DNA of 64,000 nucleotides from Eledone cirrhosa (Eukaryota): assembly GCA_964016885.1 (NCBI GenBank), contig OZ024741.1, positions 291,152,001-291,216,000 on the forward strand, written 5' to 3'. Positions within the stretch are counted from its first letter, which is position 1, and every line of letters starts with the position of its first letter. Below, piece by piece: positions 56,105 through 64,000 of this stretch. Position numbers and translations under genes: made by a program. The notes under the pieces were generated by a model that saw nothing but the letters and a program-made list of their open reading frames with translations, had not been told where the DNA came from and did no database searches.

Positions 56105-57279
56105 GAACTCGCTAGTATACAATGCATATAAATATATCTGCATTCAATACATATATACTGAAAGACACATTTGCAACCACACACTCTCACACATACACAC
56201 ACATAAACTTACACACTTACACACAAACACGCACACACATGCACACAAACAAACACACACGACCATGAAAATGTTTGCATAATTGACAAAGCAACATGTT
56301 CACACCCAATTGGCACTACGAGGTAAAGAAATGGATTACATTTTTTATTCACAAAATTTCAAATAAATTCAATAATATTTGCAATAAGAATAGAAAAATA
56401 AAAATTAAAAAAAAATTAAATAACAAAAATATGGAGGAGGGAGCGGCTAACTTTACTCACGATCAAGGTGGTGTATCTCAGCTAAGCCATACGGACACTT
56501 TGGCATAGGCTTACTGAAGAGAACAAACAGCGATACCCACGTCTCAGCCTGAATGCATTTCTCCTAATTTTACGCGAAGACAGCTGTTTGGGGACTGAGG
56601 ACACCAGAAGTCTCACATAGCCAAACGGGAAAGATTTAATTGCTCCCGTTTGAGCAGGGATCCCATTTAGTATGACTGTAGAATTCAACAAAATTCGAAA
56701 TAGATGGCTGCATTATATTGAAAGGTGCTAGAGTGATAACTCTTCAGCAGTTGGATTCTATGGTTCTCCATGAAATTATATTGTTTGATTCATTTAAACT
56801 AGAACAAGATAAACAGTTCTTCAGTAAGAGTAGAAGGAAATCATTTCACTTTTGTTGTTGATTTCTCGTTGACATGATATCTCTCCACGCTTTAAGATAC
56901 ACAGTTTCCTAGTCAGGCGAAGCCAAAAATGAAGAAATCTACTGGAGTATGGGATGGAATATTTTACAATACTCTATGCTATATTACGGAGGTGATGTCA
57001 CTTGTCCTTGAGGGGCCTATTTCTGGGGACCTAATGTAGAGAAGATGTGTTTGTTACTTACGATATCCCCCATACAGTTACTTGGGATTGCATCTGATGG
57101 TGTGAGTGTGACTCTCAATGTTTTGGAAATGCAGTGTCTTCACCCCAGTAGCAAAAGGATTAATCTCGGCAGCTATAAGTGGGTTGTTTTGGGTGTAGGC
57201 AGTGAAGGCATGTATAACATGTGAAAGCCTCTGTACGAATCTCAGAATAATGCCATGGGATTCATTGATTGTTAATCGT

Positions 57280-57357
<78 letters not shown>

Positions 57358-57482
57358 AAAAGTGAACGGAGGAAAAAAAGCAAACAATACAATACAAAAA
57401 GAAATATATTAGTTTAACGCTTGAAACAATTGGAAGAAACTATACATATATCAATATAAATACTTCGTAAACCTCTAGTCTT

Positions 57483-57558
<76 letters not shown>

Positions 57559-58003
57559 ATATGTGTGTGTGTGTATGTATATATATGTGTGTGTGTGTGT
57601 GTGTGTGCGTGTGTCGGGAGATCTGGGTCTGTGAGCTTTTGCATGTATAAGAGTATGTGTGTGGGTATGTGTCATGCATGTATTTATAAATCTAGCAGAA
57701 GAAGTAGACAAATGCATGCATATTTATAGAGCAGTAAGTAGTCAAATGTCTGCTGAATTGTTCTAGATGTTCTGATAATTATCACTGAAAATGGCGGATA
57801 TGAGCAAATTGGTGTGAATCAATAGAAAAAGACACACATACACATACGTACACATACACATAGCCATGCGCACACGCATTCATACATATACCCACACATG
57901 AACCTACACACACGCACATGCACCCCCCCCATACATATATGTGTGTATGTTGGTGTGTATGTGTGTGTATATATGTGTATTTGCCTGTGTGTGTATATAT
58001 ATA

Positions 58004-58152
<149 letters not shown>

Positions 58153-58619
58153 ATGCATACGTTGTAGCGACCTTCTTTTCCGGTCGGTTAATTACCATAT
58201 ATTTTATTCTTACTTTCTTCTGGGTGACCTAAAGAGAGAGACAACATTGTGGTTGTTTGACCAGCTAGAAATAACAGCCAAGTTTACAATCCGTTTTAAA
58301 TGACACACCGATGTCATAGACATGGGAAATGACATATTGAAAAATGTAGTCTTGATTAAACAAACATTGGGAAATAAAGAGGATATAGATTGAGCGATCG
58401 GCTTTCATTATCTAACGGGCTTTTTCAGAGTCGACCTTGGGTTAAATGATGATAATAACAACAATAACATCATTAACTACCGTAATGCGATTGAACGCAT
58501 AAAATTGACGCCGGTTTAGTTTAAACATGCTAAGGGAATCCATAATCACGCAAATATATACAAGCACGCACATACACACAGGCATATAAATACACAGACA
58601 GACATACGCATACACACAC

Positions 58620-58651
<32 letters not shown>

Positions 58652-58721
58652 ATGTATTTATGTGTGTATATATATATATATATATTTATATATATACACA
58701 CACATACACACATGTATATAC

Positions 58722-58753
<32 letters not shown>

Positions 58754-58765
58754 ACACATACACAC

Positions 58766-58812
<47 letters not shown>

Positions 58813-58825
58813 CACACACACACAC

Positions 58826-58880
<55 letters not shown>

Positions 58881-59434
58881 CGATTAATGGAATAAATTGA
58901 GGAAAGATATAAGATGTTAACTGTTTCCGGTTGAACTGTATTCTGGGTCAGAACAACCGTTGGCAGGAAATGCATCATGTATAGTTAGTCTTTTAATCTA
59001 TTGTCCCGAAACCAAACAGAATAAGCTAATAAAAATAAATAGGAAAAATCTTTAATAAAAAAGATCAAACTTGAACTCAGTCGTTTCTTTTAAAACAATA
59101 GTTATATATGTATATATTTGCATACTTTTAGCACAATCTCTCAGACACGGATAGTATTGCATACAAATGTACACACAAACTCACAGAGACGCGGATTGTC
59201 AACATGATAAATATCTATAAAGGCCACACACCTCTTTGACTGTATCCTTGTGTGTTTGTGTGTGAGTGTGTATGTGTGTGTGTGTGTGTATGTGTGTGTA
59301 TGTGTGTCTGTGTGTCTGTGTAGTTGCATACTTAACATGGATATACAAATATACACACGTATCTCTCGGCATATGTATACAGATGTATATGAATATAAAA
59401 TATATATTACATACACACACATATATACATATAC

Positions 59435-59465
<31 letters not shown>

Positions 59466-59527
59466 TCTATATCTACATATATCTACATATATATATATAT
59501 ATATATATGTATGTAAGTATATATATA

Positions 59528-59699
<172 letters not shown>

Positions 59700-61339
59700 T
59701 ATATATATATATATGTAAAGTATATATATAAATCATGTTATGAAACTGATCAAATTCTATTTCTGAGTTTAGTCAAATGTACCAACACCCTATTTATTTG
59801 TAGATAGTTAATTCACTAGGGTAATGGCGGCACTGGGACTTGAAACACAAGATCTCAATTTGCAATTGTCTTACTATATTTGGTGATTGAAGTATTTCTT
59901 TGACGTTTTTACAATACACACACACGCATGTGCTTAGACATTCTTGCACAAACATACACACACATGTACTTACTCACACACACACATAACATGAATGTAT
60001 ATCATGATCAGGGTTGACTTGGAGCTAAACAACAACTGCAACACCAAAAATAACAATTGCAGCAGTAATAGCACCGCCACCAATGTCACCACCACCACCA
60101 CCACCAGCTAACCAACAACATTATCAACAGCATCAATATCAACAACTTGTATGATAATGTAGATTGATTTACTCGTAACTCAGACAAAGCTTGAAATATG
60201 CGGAGTTTTTAAAACATTTTTTTTTAATATGTCAAAATTTGTCAAACTCAATCTTTAATGAATATTTTCCAGTTTTCTTGATTCTTTTGGTTTTAAAAAA
60301 TGTATTAGTATACCAATTCAGAAAATGGAAATGTAATAATCCTGTGTTATTATCTACCCGCATCCTATCCCACATTTCACACTCAATTAAGTTCGCGTAG
60401 CAGTTGGGAATAAGTTTATCTGATTATATACAAACATTCTACATATATTCCCCTTTAGCATTCTGACGAGACATGAAGTTGCAATTATTGGTTGGTTCAA
60501 ACATAGATGAAATTTACAAGATTTTCTGAATGATTTGTCAGGGAGTCAAATATCTTTTCGATATTTTTCCGCCTCACATAGCTCTGAATTCAAACCGACC
60601 AAGGTTAACTTTGCCTCCCATTTTATCGGGGCCGATGAAAAAATCATTAGATAGGGCCGGTAGACTTACGGAATTAATAATGAGTCGGTATATTATCCGA
60701 CTCTGTGCATTCCGAGTTCAAATTCCACATACTCCTGCTAAGTTTAGTGACCGTCAGATAGTATCAGCTACGGTAATACAGTATCCTCCGTCCGATCTGG
60801 TGATTGGCTTCTTTCATTTTTGCAATGAAGTTGACCAAGTAATTTTGTGTCCAAACTTGTATTTAAAGAAGAAATGGCTTGGAATTCTGGTTTCGGGGAA
60901 TGTCTTCGAGAAACTATTAATGACGTTCCTCGTGGTTATCTGATTACATGAAGCTGATTTGAGCCCTATTAAGGTCATGAGTTTACTTCCGTTTTATCTT
61001 GAGCATTTTATTTTACATTGCTCCCGTCTATTTAGAGGGTAAAATGAGTTGCGTTGACATTATTGCCAAGCTGTATATAACTTCGGCTTTCGCTTGGACA
61101 GCCCTCGTGTCGTATAAAAGGGTAATAATATGCATAGGTGACAGCTAGTCTATCACAAAATATTCTTGTGATGTTTGTGCATCGGAGATGCAATCCCAAG
61201 GTCAGTGAATTGGGTGTATATAACCCGTCATCACTCTAGACCGATGGGGTCTTTCTTTAACTGTATAAACACTTTTATTATAAATGTCTGAAAATATATC
61301 GACCACCATCTTTACATTATTTTTCATAATACAATAATT

Positions 61340-61410
61340 GTTTCTACTTTTGGCACAAGTCCAGCAATTACCCGGTGCATTACTGGTACTTTATTTTATC
61401 GACCCCGTAA
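61340..61410 (-). mobile_element. Family-A SINE 3' fragment
   Basis: Tail and half of the core match consensus. Confidence 0.75.
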
Positions 61411-61585
61411 TACAATAATGTATAATATTTTATATATTACAAGATTTTATTTAACATTAAACAACCCTTAATTAGTGAAGGGGCGTGGCTTAGTTGTTTG
61501 GAGAATTGCATTCACAATCGTTAGGTTATGAGTTCGAATGTTGTTCATATCGTTCCTTCCAGTCTACTTTGCATACATACATACA

Positions 61586-61621
<36 letters not shown>

Positions 61622-62236
61622 TATATGCATACAGACATATACACTTACATACATGATGGCTGCCATCTCGATTTCGAGTAATACCGTCGCTTGATACTTA
61701 AGCATGAAAATAACGGGATTTTAGTCCTGCAAGGGATATGTGACATTTTTTGTAATGGATGGTATGTCTGGCCATAGGCAATACCATGCATCGTAAAAAA
61801 TGTCACATATCAAGCCAGTGCTTGAAACTTTTTTAAAAGAGGAAAGTCTTTGCACGGGGCCAGTCCTATTCTCTGAACATCGAATACATTTGCACAAAAA
61901 GAAGAAATGTTCTACATCATTGGATTGTCTTAATGAAGAGAGATGACTTAATGAAGACAAGGAGTCTCTCGCGCCAAGAAAAAAATGTATTGGATGGATG
62001 TTTACTCTCTTGAGTTCCTTCACATAATACATATATATTTACATAATACATACATACATATATACTTACATAAGCATATACACACACACACACATACATA
62101 CATACATAAATACATACACACACTATTGTATATGTGCATAAATTTATGTGATCCTGGAAGATTTTCCATATGTGTATGTCTGAGTATGTATGACTATCTA
62201 TTTATATTTTTCTCTTGCTATCTCTATGGTGATGAC

Positions 62237-62308
<72 letters not shown>

Positions 62309-62711
62309 AAATATTTCAGATTGTGTTCGTATATATATATTTCACTGTGCGTTTCTATTCGTCTGTGCATCTGTATAAATTTATGCGCTTATTTGCTTCA
62401 ATGTGTGTGTGTCTGATAGCAAAGGTTTGTATGTATGTGTGTGATTTCATGTGTGTTTGTAAGAGTATATGTGTATTCGCACAATTACATATGTGCTTAT
62501 CTGAGCGTCTGTGTATGAGATTTGATGTGCAGTTATACACCTATAAATGAATGTGTATGTGTGTTTATGTGTCAATTGATGTATATGTGTCTATCAGTAT
62601 GTATGTGTGTGTATTTGACATAACGATATATGTATATAATATTGTATTTAGGACACACATCTGGTAAAGACTTCCTTCACCAACCCACCTCTCTCTCTCT
62701 CTCTCTCTCTT

Positions 62712-62760
<49 letters not shown>

Positions 62761-62927
62761 CTCTCTCTCTCTCCAGCGTATTCACAGACTTTCCAAGGAA
62801 ACCTTGAATTATTTTTCGCATCACTTTCTTTTTGATTACGTACACACACTCACACACTCATGCATATGCATACCCCCCCCCCCCCACACACACACACCTA
62901 TATATATATATTTATACACACACACAT

Positions 62928-62958
<31 letters not shown>

Positions 62959-63454
62959 CATATATTTATATACACACACACACATATATATATATATATA
63001 TTTATATATACATCTATGTATATATGAATACATATAAAGAGGAAAAGGTTGTGAGTAAGAGAGGGAAAGAGAGAGAAAGAGTGAGGGAGAGAGAGCATGA
63101 TTAACATTGCATCACTGATATATGTATATAATCTCACCAAATACACATACATTTACATAAATCCATAGATAAATGTATTCATACTTACTCGTGGATTGTA
63201 AAGGTAGTTTAGTGAAGGTAGAATCGGCAGAACAAGCAAGTATATAATTTCAGTTATTTATTACGGTCCTTTATCTTATAAATTCCATCGAGGTCATGGA
63301 AATGCTACATGAAGAGTTTGTGAAATCAGGGCCGCAACGTGCCGTGATCAGCGCAGGTGCCTGTGGCACACCAATGTTTAGAGAGATTGCACTTTTTTTA
63401 TCCATTCTTTTTTTTTTATTTCCGGTATGAAATTTCAATTACATAATATGCTCG

Positions 63455-63627
<173 letters not shown>

Positions 63628-63636
63628 TATATATAT

Positions 63637-64000
63637 GTGACGTATTCTATTCTATAGCGATTAGGTCTTCAAAATGTTTATTATAAACATACAGAATATT
63701 TTCGAATATTCTATGTCTATATTCACATATATATCGCTATTTCAGAGCATTTATTCCAATTTCTAATTTCTGCCGGACCGGCAACCGCTCTTTCAAACCA
63801 GTTCCTGTACACAGCTAAGTATTCTATAAGTCTCGAGCTGTGTCATTCTCGATAAAAGCACTGGATATGTAGTCCTGATGATTTCTAACGAGAATGAAAC
63901 GCGTAGATTACTTCCCTTGCTTTTATCGAGAATCTAATTGTAATACGTGACGTATTCTATTCTATAGCGATTAGGTCTTCAAAATGTTTATTATAAACAT
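63637..64000 (+). repeat. 310-bp tandem or direct repeat unit carrying a hammerhead (retrozyme or Penelope pLTR-like); runs off the window end
   Basis: 63637-63690 recurs identically at 63947-64000; preceded by (TA)n. Confidence 0.75.
63845..63933 (+). ncRNA. Type-I hammerhead ribozyme with extended stem I
   Basis: GTAGTC-CTGATGA-TTTCT aacg AGAAT-GAAAC-GC-GTA^GATTAC; stem III palindrome ACGCGT; distal 16-bp helix ATTCTCGATAAAAGCA/TGCTTTTATCGAGAAT. Confidence 0.85.

Noticed and set aside
56440-57270. Non-repetitive stretch that could hide a host exon (also 60780-61260)
   Set aside because: No long ORF or recognisable motif in any frame; needs a BLASTX search or RNA-seq to resolve

Overview
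AT-rich, microsatellite-saturated animal genomic DNA. The SINE families and repeat landscape resemble a coleoid cephalopod such as Octopus (inference, not verified). I find no host protein-coding gene; nearly all ORFs in the track are translations of (TA)n/(CA)n/(GA)n/(CAT)n repeats. The real coding content is retrotransposon-derived. It comprises one apparently intact two-ORF L1/Tx1-clade element (about 46.6-52.3 kb) set in a (CTAT)n/(GATA)n tract, two 5'-truncated relatives, and fragments of R4/Dong, CRE and RTE LINEs. There are also about 25 tRNA-derived SINE copies and a few MITEs. The most unusual signal is non-coding: about a dozen type-I hammerhead ribozyme motifs from several unrelated sequence families lie in short ORF-less elements embedded in (TA)n tracts. 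Many are arranged as fold-back palindromes, and two occur as tandem or LTR-like repeats (310-nt and about 487-nt monomers), resembling Penelope-derived or retrozyme-like RNAs. All calls were made by eye; boundaries are approximate to about 10-20 bp unless motif-defined.
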